Assembly (NCBI RefSeq): GCF_001194135.2
Contig: NC_068983.1
Location: 15,394,452-15,458,451 of the forward strand
Direction: 5' to 3'
DNA from: Octopus bimaculoides
Taxonomy: Eukaryota
Length of the DNA stretch: 64,000 nt
Shown here: in pieces, positions 24,601-35,663 of the stretch
Numbering within the stretch: position 1 is the stretch's first letter
Layout of the letters: each line of letters begins with the position of its first letter
Translations under genes and position numbers: made by a program
Notes under the pieces: generated by a model
Seen by the model: only the letters and a program-made list of their open reading frames with translations
Database searches by the model: none
What the model was told of the DNA's origin: nothing

Positions 24601-24750
24601 GTGGCTGGTAACAGCTGCAATTAAAGTATCTAAATAATCAACCTCTGCCATTTGATCATTTAATTGGTTTATTGAAGCATTGCAACTGGATATATTATCA
24701 ACACTAGTTTCCATATTGGCCGATATTTTATTTAGACTGGTATTTGATAA
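1341..24750 (-). CDS. RAD54L2: RAD54L2/ARIP4 SNF2-family chromatin-remodelling ATPase, multi-exon, 3'-incomplete in this window
   Basis: Spliced translation gives an acidic N-terminus, then ...[15 protein letters not shown]|[10 protein letters not shown]...[15 protein letters not shown] (Walker A/motif I), [10 protein letters not shown] (motif II), [22 protein letters not shown] (motif III), LKAFSTCCK|IWNHPD and [16 protein letters not shown]...KMLVFS. These match the RAD54L2 subfamily as I recall it. All junctions are GT-AG and phase-consistent except across the 20.8 kb gap. Confidence 0.95.
2573..3540 (+). mobile_element. pogo/Tigger-like DNA transposon relic (5' end with Brinker-type DBD remnant)
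   Basis: TA followed by a degenerate CCGTA-type TIR. 3235-3350 translates to ...[31 protein letters not shown], a pogo N-terminal HTH. Homologous to 34361-35663. Confidence 0.75.
3670..4263 (+). mobile_element. Old RTE-related retroelement 3' end with (GAT)n tail; similar copy at ~45910-46510
   Basis: Pyrimidine-rich body, 'ggtgttgggaagagcatccag...atgctagcatgg' 3' motif, (GAT)n tail. Confidence 0.6.
5812..7497 (-). CDS. RAD54L2: RAD54L2 giant exon: IWNHPD, then a ~500-aa Asn/Ser/Met/Cys-rich insert, ending ...VLSLDW
   Basis: aattcag acceptor and GTAAGT donor; 1686 nt = 562 stop-free codons, phase 0 to 0. Conserved residues at both ends join in frame to the flanking exons. Confidence 0.9.
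7804..7981 (-). CDS. RAD54L2: RAD54L2 exon ([16 protein letters not shown]...[11 protein letters not shown])
   Basis: ctaacag acceptor and GTAATT donor; 178 nt, phase 2 to 0. Confidence 0.94.
8460..8660 (-). mobile_element. RTE-type 3' end fragment
   Basis: (ATC)n followed by 'ttttccatgctggcattggtt...cccttcctaatgtcaacc', homologous to the other copies. Confidence 0.7.
9992..10175. mobile_element. TTAA-flanked MITE; relatives at ~25110-25270 and ~48150-48360
   Basis: ttaa|ccc...ggg|ttaa ends; internal sequence shared with the other copies. Confidence 0.55.
10271..10498 (-). CDS. RAD54L2: RAD54L2 exon containing motif III ([13 protein letters not shown]...GFIQR)
   Basis: tttcaag acceptor and GTAAGA donor; 228 nt, phase 2 to 2. 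Confidence 0.96.
11379..11493 (-). CDS. RAD54L2: RAD54L2 exon containing Walker B ([16 protein letters not shown])
   Basis: ttctag acceptor and GTGAGT donor; 115 nt, phase 1 to 2. Confidence 0.95.
12512..12682 (-). CDS. RAD54L2: RAD54L2 exon ([19 protein letters not shown]...[10 protein letters not shown])
   Basis: ttccaag acceptor and GTAAGA donor; 171 nt, phase 1 to 1; absent from the ORF track. Confidence 0.92.
12871..13177 (+). mobile_element. Young RTE LINE 3' UTR fragment with (GAT)n tail
   Basis: Near-identical to the 3' UTR attached to RTE ORF2 at 40043-40712. Confidence 0.85.
15154..15502 (-). CDS. RAD54L2: RAD54L2 exon containing Walker A (AHSMGLGKT) and motif Ia
   Basis: tttcag acceptor and GTAAGT donor; 349 nt, phase 0 to 1. 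Confidence 0.96.
16644..17405 (-). mobile_element. 5'-truncated RTE LINE (ORF2 C-terminus + 3' UTR) spanning an N gap
   Basis: Translates to [20 protein letters not shown]...[20 protein letters not shown]...GTRGRG, an RTE-clade C-terminus; (ATC)n tail at 16644. Confidence 0.88.
17839..18083 (-). CDS. RAD54L2: RAD54L2 exon ([10 protein letters not shown]...[10 protein letters not shown]...VIKPHQ)
   Basis: cttttag acceptor and GTGAAA donor; 245 nt, phase 1 to 0; conserved pre-ATPase segment. Confidence 0.93.
18213..18488 (-). mobile_element. Young RTE 3' UTR fragment
   Basis: Same family; runs into the N gap at 18489-18854. Confidence 0.85.
18864..19217 (-). mobile_element. Full-length tRNA-Arg-derived SINE (octopus OR-type) with (CAA)n tail; second copy at 32621-32918 (+)
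   Basis: Head has an A box (TGGCCCAGTGGTT), a TCG anticodon-like loop and a B box (GGTTTCGATTCC). 9-bp TSD tcagtgaca at 18855-18863 and 19218-19226. Confidence 0.85.
19387..19464 (-). CDS. RAD54L2: RAD54L2 78-nt exon ([25 protein letters not shown]), absent from the ORF track
   Basis: ttatag acceptor and GTAATG donor, phase 1 to phase 1. Joins in frame to the next exon (G+TG = Val). Confidence 0.8.
20520..20747. mobile_element. mariner-type MITE
   Basis: Perfect 22-bp TIRs ttgggttgtccggaaagttcgt / acgaactttccggacaacccaa, flanked by TA. Confidence 0.9.
21076..22939 (-). mobile_element. Full-length but disrupted Tc1 transposon
   Basis: 26-bp TIRs with one mismatch (cactggccaaaataa(a/g)tttaagaccg), TA on both sides. 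Frameshifted transposase remnants: [24 protein letters not shown]. Confidence 0.92.
22053..22291 (-). mobile_element. Young tRNA-derived SINE with a Meta-like central domain, nested in the Tc1; relatives at ~5060-5235, 23003-23205, 39300-39520
   Basis: 15-bp TSD ttttaggcagtttct on both sides; B box gagttcaaattcc; central 'gcctttcatcctttcggggtcgat..taagtaccag' resembles the MetaSINE domain as I recall it. Confidence 0.8.
23804..24750 (-). CDS. RAD54L2: RAD54L2 acidic/Ser-rich N-terminal exon; likely start ATG at 24714-24712
   Basis: Acceptor ttccag ends at 24751 and the donor GTAAGC starts at 24750-947=23803. The ORF encodes poly-D/E, Ser runs and basic clusters and ends RRNI-AG (phase 2), matching the conserved RRNIR motif. 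Confidence 0.88.
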
Positions 24751-25803
24751 CTGGAAATAAAAGACAGAAAAACAGAAAAATAAAATTACTTTATTGTTAA
24801 CAAATTCCAAATACATAATAAATTTATGGAAAGTAAGTGGATTAATTTTAATCAACAACTCTCTATATTGGTAGTATACTATAACATATAAATGACATGA
24901 AGAAATACATATTCTCTTGTAAATAGTTAATAAAAACATAATATTAACACTTTGGAATAATTATCATCATTAATTTTTTATGCTTTTTTAGTCAGGAAAA
25001 TCTATTTGAGGATCTAAAGGTTTGCAATTCAATAAACAATGCTAACTACTTGATTTGATATGTTAAGCTTTTAGCAACGAGTGAAACTCAAATATAACAC
25101 CTTCACTGCTTTAATCCTTTTGATACTATCAAAACTGCAACTGCTTTTAGTTCTATGATACAAACTCCCTACTTTAAAGTAATGTAAATGGAAACCTCCC
25201 AGCAAAACTTCATGTTAATTTATATTCCAAGCACTAATTTAATGACAGTTATTTTACTAAATTCATTATTTTCAAAATGCACACACACATATACAATGGG
25301 TTTCTTTCAGTTTCTATCAGTCAAATCCACTCAGAAGGATTTGGTCAGCCCTGGGTTGACACTTACCCAGGGTTCCATGTAGTGGGACTAATGCTGAAAC
25401 AAGATTTGAAAGCAAGGTCCTTAATCACACAGCTAGAATACATTAGTATATTTTTAATTAAAAACAAAACAAAAGAATGAAGCAAAATAAATTAAAACAG
25501 ACATTTAGGAACAAAGTATATCAATGTGTTAACTGATGTGGTTATCTGACCTGCTAAAATTAGCAACCAAATCATCTTTAAATCAAACCTATCTTGAAAA
25601 AATAATTTTAAAAAAAAGGATACAGTGGATGGTGGGCTTTTGGATACACTATGAAAAATAGACAGAATGATTGTGATTAGAACAGCGTTGATCAAATGAT
25701 CTGTTCAATCAGGGTTGATAAGACTACTGTCTTTATATGTTTTAATGATAACCTACTGCAAGATCTTTTGCTTTACAACCCTTTGCCTTGTTTACATTTT
25801 TAA

Positions 25804-26960
25804 CACTAGAAGGACCGGACTTTTCACCTACCATTAAGGACCAGAATGTGTCATTTGAGGCAATGAGGTTTCTCAGTTTGAAAGGGAAAAAAAAAAAGAA
25901 AAGGATAAGTAGAAAACCTTTATTAAATGTATGAATCTACTGGATTTTATGATTTCATGATATTAGTCACAATAGTTTGATATTTTGATAGAAATTTATC
26001 CTTACAAATTAGAAAGAAATTTATTGAAATTCTAAACATTTATCACAATATTTCAGCACACATTTGCCACACAGAGGTTTTTTACAGACTCCATACATTT
26101 CTGTGGTTCTGTTTCAGCATTTTGTTTCCACATATATACATCTGACTTAATTTTTAGAGGAAGAAGTTTCCTCAGTAGGTGTTTGATAGTACATGAACAA
26201 CCATGAGGTGAATCACCACAAATATCTTCAGCAACTTTTTGAATATATTCCTGTTCACTAATGACTGAGTTACAAACACTTGTGTATAAGCTGTTTACAA
26301 GAGCAACATCCAAAATATTAAAAAAACATGCATTGGCCATCATCTACTGATTGCTTTGACTGAATAATGCCTTGCCATTTGGTCAAGCATGTCTACGCCT
26401 ATTTTATTTTTGTTATAAAAAAAAAGTATGGTGTCAGGGTTAGGGTTAGGCTTCTTGGGTTTATTTTCAGAAAGAATTTCTACATGTTGATGTAAGGTAC
26501 CAACAACAGACTTTGATTTTTTGCACTGGTATGATGTGTGACAGTAGGCTTCTCTGTGGATTTCAAAACTACTGTTTCATAGACTGGTTTCACCTGTTTT
26601 ACTGCTTCTGCTAATTCCCTTCTGTTGTGACGAATTGTTCTGACTAAACTGCAGTTTTGTTTTGTGAGCTGCAAAGGCTAAGCAATTACTGAATATCTAA
26701 AACAGTGTCACATGTATTAATAAACAAAAGCAAGTGCAAGTTTCAAAAGTTGCAAGTGCATCAATTGACGCATGGTCCTTATAGGTAGTATGTGTTTTTT
26801 GTTTTTTTTTACAGTTGGTACAAACAACCTATAATTTATAGTGTATATAGATATCATAAAACTATGAAAAGTCAAGCACCATGATGCCAAAATCAGTTTT
26901 TGAATTGTGTGCAATTAAGACTTCAAAATGCATCAGTTGACACACTCGGTCCTTCTAGTA
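25804..26960 (-). mobile_element. Internally deleted piggyBac transposon
   Basis: TTAA|CACTAGAAGGACC left end and GGTCCTTCTAGTA|TTGA right end. The minus strand reads FYNKNKIGVDMLDQMARHYSVKAISR*WPMHVFFNILDVALVNS, the piggyBac DDD C-terminal block. Confidence 0.88.
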
Positions 26961-29651
26961 TTGAAAATCTTAGTCAAAGAGAAAGGCAGTACCTACAATC
27001 CTATCTATACAGAGCCTGAGACTAACAAGCAGGAGAGAGAAAGTTATTCTCAAACCAAAGAACTGGTCAGAATGCTTGCAATACAGTTGGCATCACTAAA
27101 GGAATCCAATGAGCCAGGTGGTGATGTCAAATCAGGCAATAAGTCCACCACCAAAATGCAAGGTTATCAAATTTAGATGTTTATAAATTATATGAAATTG
27201 ATAAGCATTGTTCCTATTTAACCCTAGGACAATTGTTATCCTGTAGACATAGTGTGTCCACTACATACTGTAATACTTTCTAGAATCTTAAACTGTATCC
27301 TTTCTTTATTTTTAAGACAGTAAAGTGTGAATTAGAGGAGACTTAAGTATTTCTGATAGATGGAGAAACTATGTAGAAGTCATCTTGTTGACTTGCAAAT
27401 TAACTGTTACTGCTGTTTAACCCTAGGCCATCTTTGATCCTGAAGATCTACAATTAAAAGAATTCCAGCTTTCATTGTTTATTCAGTGTTTCCAGAACTA
27501 GATTAGCCTGTATTTTCTTTCTTAAGAAGGTAGGATGTGATTTGAGAAAGAGTTTGCTGCTAGTTTTAACATAGAAGCTCCTATAACGGTTTGCAAAAAG
27601 TGGGTGTTCATTTATTTCCTTTATGTGTTCTTGCCAAAAGGCTGGGGCCATGCTGGGGCACCATCATTTTGTTTATTGTTACATACTAATTTTTGGTATT
27701 TTACATAAAAGTGCATTTCAGGGATAACAAGTGTAAGAACAATCATGTTGTAAGAAATTCACTTTGCAACCACATGATTTTGAGGCAGATCCCATTGCCT
27801 GGCACCTTCAGCAAGTGTCTTTTCCCAGAGGCTCAAGTTGACCAAAGAAAACCTGTGAAGGGAGCCCATTCCTGTTCTTGGATGGTAGATTTAATCTGTC
27901 ACCCAATTAAACACAACTACCTGGCCCTTTGGGACCCTTAGTCTCTGGCCTGTGCATAACTCTATCTCTTCCTCCCACTAGTCACAGAGGCCCTGACAAA
28001 GGTAATGGACACTGCCCCCTCTACTTTGACTAAGTCACAAAACATGAAAATAACAATTGATTTTTATAATTAGTGTAAAGTAATGAAGATGTTTATTTTA
28101 TTTGTCTAGCAAACGATAGTATTTCAATGCCTAAATGTCTATATAAGTTATTAATAAGATTATAAATTGTTCAGTCTATTTATCTCAACTCTAGTGATGA
28201 AGCATTTTTTAACATTTACATATCCTACTTCATTTCAATTGGTTGGATTTCCAACCATCATCAAGAGTTTTATTCTTGAATGTGCACAAACTATCGGGCA
28301 AAATTTGAACTAAGAACCTTAGTGTGATAGGCGACTGATACTTTAATAGTCTGAAAAAATTATAAACTTAGCCCATTAGCATTTAAACTGACAATATCTG
28401 GCCCAAATATTCTACCTGTAATTATATTAAAACTGACCTGATCCAGCCTCTCACATCTACCTTACAATATCATTCTAAAAATAAGCAATCACATTAAACT
28501 CTTGAAGGTACAAGAATAATGTATGATTAATTGAAAACAACGTGAATAAATAAGCATAACATTTGGAAGTGTAATCTAAATGCTTATAACAAGTTTGATT
28601 GATAAAGAATCAAATCTTTCTTTACATCAATAAATTCATTTTATTCACAGAAAACTCAATAGAAAGAATTTGATCGCACACAAAATACATATTACCCACC
28701 AAACAAAAAAGAAAATAGCTTGCAAATGACTTTTTACATTTACGGAGATATAATTTAACTATCTAAGATAGTGATATGAGTTGACAAAATTATGTACAAT
28801 GGAAATCTAGCATAATGGTAAATGTAAATTGAACTTCAACAACAAAAAATATGCCAGCTTTTTTGCAAAAGAACATATTTATCTTTTGTTCGGACTAGTT
28901 ACTTTTAGTATTTCCTATTTTACAGTGCATTGAGTAAAACTTTCATATTGTTAATGAAAAGAAAATTGCTTTAATATGACTTAGAATTTTTATTCAACCA
29001 ATACCAATAATAAAGCTTATTAAAATCTACTTTATAGTTATATACTAAATAAAAGAAACTATTTAAAACAGGTTAAAACATTACGAGAGCAATCATTGCA
29101 CTAAAACCTTTAACATACGAGTCAATAAAGAAGCTTGTATTTGGTCACTTGACTGAAAGATACAGTCACTAAATCTACCCCTACTGTCTTAGAAACAGAA
29201 GGACAGGCAGAATGAATACAAAAGTCCCACTTGGAGAGATAGAGTTAACAAATGTAAACAGTAGTAGCATTGTAAAACTGATTTACTGTACTGATTTCAT
29301 CTCATATTAAAAGTAATCTGTAACAGATACAATCATATATATGCAAAGAGAAAGACAAGAATTAAGTATCACTTCACTGCCCCCCCCCCTCCAACAATGA
29401 AAAGAGACTCTGCTAAGTAGACTAAATAGACTGTAACATTCAGAATTAAGTAATTCTTGGCCATAATGACAATATAGTGCCAGATAAACATTGTGTTAGT
29501 TGTCCAGTACCTGTGTTCACCCCCTTATGAAGAGAATACTTGATAATATCAATATAGTAGATGCAATGTTAACCCTCTGTAAAATAAAAAAAAACAACAC
29601 CCTATAACCTTAAAAATACAAAAGCACAAATTAGACAATGTAGTTCTAGAT

Positions 29652-29903
29652 CAGGGGTTTTCAAACTTTTTGACTTGCGGACCCCTTTATATTTCAGGCT
29701 TTACCTTAGGGACCCCCTTATAAACGCTTATGAAATTTATACATAAATGTTTGCTTAAAATAACATTTTTACATTTATTTATTTAACAACATTTAACAAA
29801 TAGGTTTATTGTCTATTAAAAGATTTCGATTAAAAAACATATATAAAATCAAATTGCCCATAAAAAGTATTTGCTGTCCGCGGACCACAGTTTGAAAACC
29901 CTG
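29652..29903. mobile_element. hAT (Charlie-like) MITE
   Basis: TIRs cagggg/ttttcaaact and agtttgaaaaccctg; perfect 8-bp TSD ttctagat at 29644-29651 and 29904-29911. Confidence 0.92.
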
Positions 29904-30056
29904 TTCTAGATATCCCAATAAGGATAAAATGGCTATGGTTGGAATGTTTTGATCAATAGATTTGCTCAATTAGGGTTAACCTATGGCTAAACAACTCAAA
30001 TTCTATCAATGTCTACAAATAATTTTTCCTTATAAATGTTTTCTGATTAACTGTAT

Positions 30057-30184
30057 ATCATCATCATCATCATCATCGTTTAACGTCCGCCTTCCATGCT
30101 AGCATGGGTTGGACGATTTGACTGAGGACTGGTGAAACCGGATGGCAACACCAGGCTCCAATCTAATTTGGCAGAGTTTCTACG
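30057..30184 (-). mobile_element. Young RTE 3' end fragment
   Basis: Nearly identical to 16644-16770. Confidence 0.85.
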
Positions 30185-30792
30185 TCCTGTAAATTTCTAT
30201 CAACTACTGTTTTTGTTGAATAGCTTATATCAACTCTAATTGAGCAAAGTCATGATACAGAAACAATCGACTACAATTCCAATACACTACAGGTTTGTCT
30301 GACAATAGTTTGAAATTACAATAGTTCAGCAGGTGTCAACAGTTATTGCTAAATTATGCTGTATAATTCTAATTATCATTTAACTAATTCTTCATGTATC
30401 ATTTGAAAGAAAAATGTTAAGAAAGGAAATAATCTAAATAAATATATTTTACGATTGAAAATGCTTTTTCTATTCCACCTTAGGTTAGATCAGTTACACA
30501 ATCAATCTTTTCAAACATGTTTTATACTACCATTTATTATTTTAACATCTATGAAAGAGTGTAAGTCTAAAATTTGAATCAACAGCAGTTTTCTTGTTAC
30601 TAGGTGCTTCCAATTAAACATATCATGCATCTTCCATTGTAAAGATTGGTATATTTGGAACTGTTTTGTTCCCATATTATTATACTAAATTCTATCTCTA
30701 AATTTCACATAACATATTATACTACTTCTGTCTTTGGTACTATGAACAAATACACTGTTTCATTATATATAATAATAATAAAAATATATAAA

Positions 30793-31150
30793 AGGTGCAG
30801 ACGTGGCTGTGTGCTAAGAAGCTTGCCTCCCAACCACAAGGTTCTGGGTTCAATCCCACTATGTGGCACCTTGGGTATGTGTCTACTACTATAGCCTCAA
30901 GTCAACCAAAGCCTTGAGTAGATTCGATAGATGGAAACTGAAAAGAAGCCCATCATGCATGTGTGTGTGTGTTTGTCTGTCTGTCCCCAACCAGTGCTTG
31001 ACAACCATTGTTAGTATGTTTAGGAAAGAGACTGATAGAATAGGTACCAGTCTTAAAAAAAATACTGGGATCAATTCATTCAACTAAAAATACTTGAAAG
31101 TAGTGCACCAGCATGGCCACAGTCTAATAACTGGAACAAGTAAAAGATAA
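30793..31150 (+). mobile_element. Abundant tRNA-headed SINE with an internal (TG)n; other copies at ~5260-5485, 25275-25440(-), 31265-31680(-), 45400-45740, 47940-48115(-), 55668-55830, 56365-56690, 57015-57385, 63355-63505
   Basis: Head aggcgcaggagtggctgtgtggtaag...ggttcagtcccac, CORE/V-like 'ggcaccttgggcaagtgtcttct', and 3' 'gaaacaagtaaaaga' repeated across the window. Confidence 0.85.
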
Positions 31151-31472
31151 AATACATATTTAAACATACATACATCTTTTTATGAACTCACATATACACA
31201 CCATGTATTTAGTGGTAGCAGTGGCCATAAAATAATACAAAAACATACTTGATAAACTAAAAACTGATCTTTTATGTGTTTGTCATTAGACTGGCCGTGC
31301 TGGAGCACTACCTTGCAGAATTTTAGTGGAATGAACTGACCACAGTATGCTCTTTTTTTTTAATGCCTGATACTTATTCTTTCAGTCTTTTTTGCTGAAC
31401 CACCAAGTTACAGGGACATAAACACACCAGCACTGATTCTCAAGCAGTGGTGGAGGGACAAACACAGAGACG

Positions 31473-31503
<31 letters not shown>

Positions 31504-34360
31504 ACACACGCACACACACACACACATATATATATAACATGGGCTTCTTTCAGTTTTCATCTACAAAATCCACTCTTTGGCTACAGCAGAAGACATTTGC
31601 CCAAGATTCCACACAATGGGACTGAACCCAGAACCATGTGGTTGAGAACGAAACTTCTTACCACACAGCCACCACAAATACACATCGTTGCTATTATGCA
31701 AAAGTGTCTTAAGTCCAAAATGTTGCTTTTTCTGAAAACAAAAAAATAGTTTCATCATTCCATAGCAAAACTGTTGGACTACAGTTTGACAATTTTTGAT
31801 ATCTTGGCATTTAAAGCAACTGAAGATATGATAGTTTGACCAAAAGAACTGGCTATATTGCAAGCAACAATAAATATTGGAAAAAAAAATGTATTTGGCC
31901 AAATTTGGACATATGACAGTTTAACATAATAGCAACGACATATTCACAAAAATATGCTAAAATAACTGGAAAACATTAGACAAACATCAGAATAAGATAT
32001 TAAATAAATAAAAAACCCTGTAGAAAAATGATGACCATAGTGCCAAAGGAAGTGGATGACGGTGAAGAAATACTAATAATAGGAGTGCTATATAGAGGTA
32101 AAAAAAAATTTTTTTTTTTTCATAAGGATTGAGATTTTGTTCTATTTTTACCAATCCTAACATGAAATATAAAAAAAAAAATGTTAAGCCTGAAGTCCAG
32201 GAGAAAGTGTGTTGTACCTTTCTGCAACACCATACCTTAATTTTTGTAGCAAGAGTTGATTTTGAGAGTTTTTTTCCACAACTCAAATTCTGCTTTAAAT
32301 AAAAAATTTCATGTAAGTTTTCTAGGATTATTTATGATAAAGTCATAAACATAATTGACTAGTACAATTAGCTGTCAAGAAATATATTTTAGAGCCAACT
32401 TACTTCAATTAGCACATTTCACTAAACATTGTTGNNNNNNNNNNNNNNNNNNNNNNNNNNNNNNNNNNNNNNNNNNNNNNNNNNNNNNNNNNNNNNNNNN
32501 NNNNNNNNNNNNNNNNNNNNNNNNNNNNNNNNNNNNNNNNNNNNNNNNNNNNNNNNNNNNNNNNNNNNNNNNNNNNNNNNNNNNNNNNNNNNNNNNNNNN
32601 NNNNNNNNNNNNNNNNNNNNCGTTGTGAGTGTTTATTGAGCGAAAATACCTAAAGCTCCACGAGGCTCCGGCAGGGGATGGTGGCGAACCCTGCTGTACT
32701 CTTTCACCACAACTTTCTCTCACTCTTACTTCCTGTTTCTGTTGTGCCTCTAATTCAAAGGGTCAGCCTTGTCACGCTGAAAATCCCCGAGAACTACGTT
32801 ACGGGTACACGTGTCTGTGGAGTGCTCAGCCACTTGCACATGAATTTCACGAGCAGGCTGTTCCGTTGATCGGATCAACTGGAACCCTCGACGTTGTAAG
32901 CGATGGAGTGCCAACAACTTGCCTGCTAGATAGCTGTAACCAAATTTTATCTCCAATGCTAGCTCACAGGTGATTCTATTGCCTTTACCACAAACAAAAC
33001 CCAATATACAATCTTGCTGCCTCCCTCATCCCAGATGAAACTAGGTGATTGATTGGACCAAAACGCAGGGCCTTTCTGAGAGATCTCCCATGACTTTTGA
33101 ACTACTGTCAATGTTTTCATTATCTCATCCTCACACCTGGTTGATAAGCATCTCTGAGAATGAAAGATTTTCAAACACTTCATTTTCTGACAATATTGAC
33201 CTTATAACGGTCACTGCAGATATCTGAATCACATTCATAAGTAACTTGCTGGTACAGCAGCCACTGACTTAAGTGATTTTTTAGGTCAAGTGCTTTCTTA
33301 CAGATAGGCATTATTTTTTGCCTATTTGACAGATATGCTCCATGTTTTGTGCATTTCACAAGTTGGCCAACAAAATCAGTGACCTATACTTTCTTGTCCA
33401 GGCTTTCTCTCAACTAATATTTGTTCTGTTTCTTTTTGTTGCTCCATAGCATCTAGGTATTTGAAGACAGCAATGGTTGACCACATACTCATTGACATGC
33501 TTGTGCTTTGAACAGCACATTGGCTGTTGGGCCAACTAGAAAGCAAGGTAGCTGAACTTGGTCAAGTACTTCTCCATATTTAGATTGTCAGCAGGTTTTT
33601 CTACTGATCTGCAATTAGTGTATGGAGAGGAATTACTCATGCAACATCAGTGTCCATGTCTAATACTTATGATGCTTGTACTGTAATTTTACTTTTTTCA
33701 CAATCTGGAAATATACCTCTCCCAAAAAGAAGATGACTAAGATCATTTTGTGGTATGCTGTTCATCTTTACAGGTGTCCACCCTACATGATAGTCAATAA
33801 GGATTTTTTTTTACTTACAGCAAATCCTGGTTTGTTCCTGGAAGTAGCAATGGTTTGGCACAAACAAGATTACTAAGCAGTATCTGCTCAAGTAAGCTGT
33901 TTGATATAGGGGATGTAGTCATAGACTGCACCTGTCTGGAATCATTTGTGTCTAATAAAATATTTCTCTTTGTAAAATATAAATGACTGCTTGAGTATCA
34001 AATCAAACAACTGCTGTGCTACGGATGATCTCTTTTCACTCATGCAATACAAGTTTTACGAAAGCTACAGGAGTAGATTAACAGATTTATTTTGCCAAAG
34101 AAATGGCTTCAACACTGGCTCTTTCTTCACAGTCTACAAAGTCCAATTTTACTATTTAGGGCAGACATGGTTGTGAGGTTGTCTGCATCAAACCATTTAC
34201 ATGTATGAGACTTACAAAACACACTGTTTTGCAAATGTCTCTATCTTGAGATTTTTACACACACGTCATCAAAGCATACATCTGCTCCCAGAGATGTACA
34301 ACAATTCAGTTTGAGTCTTTAGCAGCTATCTGTAGTCTCATTAAAAGGAAGTCTCAAATA

Positions 34361-35663
34361 CACCGTAAAAATCCATGTCATTTACGCACTCATTTTCACA
34401 AAAAATAAACTTTATGGGATGCATAAATTACATGAGTAGATCATTTCCAAAATTTTTTAGAAATTTTTTTGTTGAAAAATGACGTACAAATGTAAACATT
34501 CATGCTGGAAGTTGACTCATTTAATGTCAGAATAGGTTTTTACAAAAAAAATATAATGAAGTCGACTTTTATTTATGCTAGACAGTATAATGCTTACTTT
34601 TTCTGTATAAATTTGCTAAAATGGTTAACTACTTTTTGAAGTTTGACGTTCATGCTGGTAAATCATGGTCAGGGCCATATTTTATTGCATCTAACGCCAA
34701 TGACAACATAATAATTCGTCCTTGTGCATGTAAACTCACTAAGTGAATATGACTTAGTGTTCCTACAGAAACCTTCATTTACCTTATACGATGTTTAATG
34801 TCATTTTGCAGCAATCTTAGAACACTTGGATGTATTATCAGTTCTTTTGGTATAGTAGAATTTTGCTATTCTTGTTTTATGTCTCCTCACAGACATGTAT
34901 ATTCTAACAAGTCGCTTCTTAAATTTTGCACCTCTTTTGTTTATTTTAGTGGGTTACCAAACTATCAGTTGGGTCTCCAGGCTAAAATGGTTATGGCAAA
35001 TATTTTTAAGTTTGCTTGACATTTTATAAGTGTAAAAGGGATTAAAATTTTGATAATCCATATCAAAGGTTCTGACAAGAATAGGCGGAAAATCAGAGCT
35101 TGAGACAAGAAGACACTTCGACCAATCAGAATTCTGTTTACATAATCAGTTTGATCAGTTACCTTCCTCTGTCAGTTGAGTAAAGTGTCATCCAAGCTGA
35201 CGTTTATTGGTAATTAATCTTATTTTGTAACACTTGTGCGTATTTATCAGCTTTGTTTTTGTTGATAAGAATTATCAACAACTTTTCCTGTGATCATGAT
35301 TTGAGAAGACATAGGGAAGTATGCTTGAGATTGGACATAATCTCCTTTGGGCAAGAAATGTAAAATAAAGTTTATTATAAACAACACAAACACTTCATAA
35401 TTTAATAGCTTTCAATGTGATACCTGTTAAACAGAAATTAATTTTTATTTAATGAAGATTTAATAAAACCTAATCATAACTAAGTGAAATTATGCTAAAT
35501 ACAACTAAATTGAAAACCTTTTTTTTTTCCTGGCTATATCAGCAATTCTCAAAACTTTTGGGTGCGAATTTTACATGAGTAAAAGATTTTTTTAACAAAT
35601 TTTATCCTGAAAGTTACCTGCGTAAATTACACAGATGCACAAATTACATGGGTTTTTACGGTG
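34361..35663 (-). mobile_element. Internally deleted pogo/Tigger-like element with both TIRs
   Basis: CACCGTAAAAA(T/C)CCATGT TIRs at both ends; ~650 bp homologous to 2573-3200 in the opposite orientation. Confidence 0.8.

Noticed and set aside
24751-24939. N-terminal extension of the 379-aa ORF in the track
   Set aside because: Lies upstream of a clear polypyrimidine-CAG acceptor and is hydrophobic, AT-rich intron read-through.
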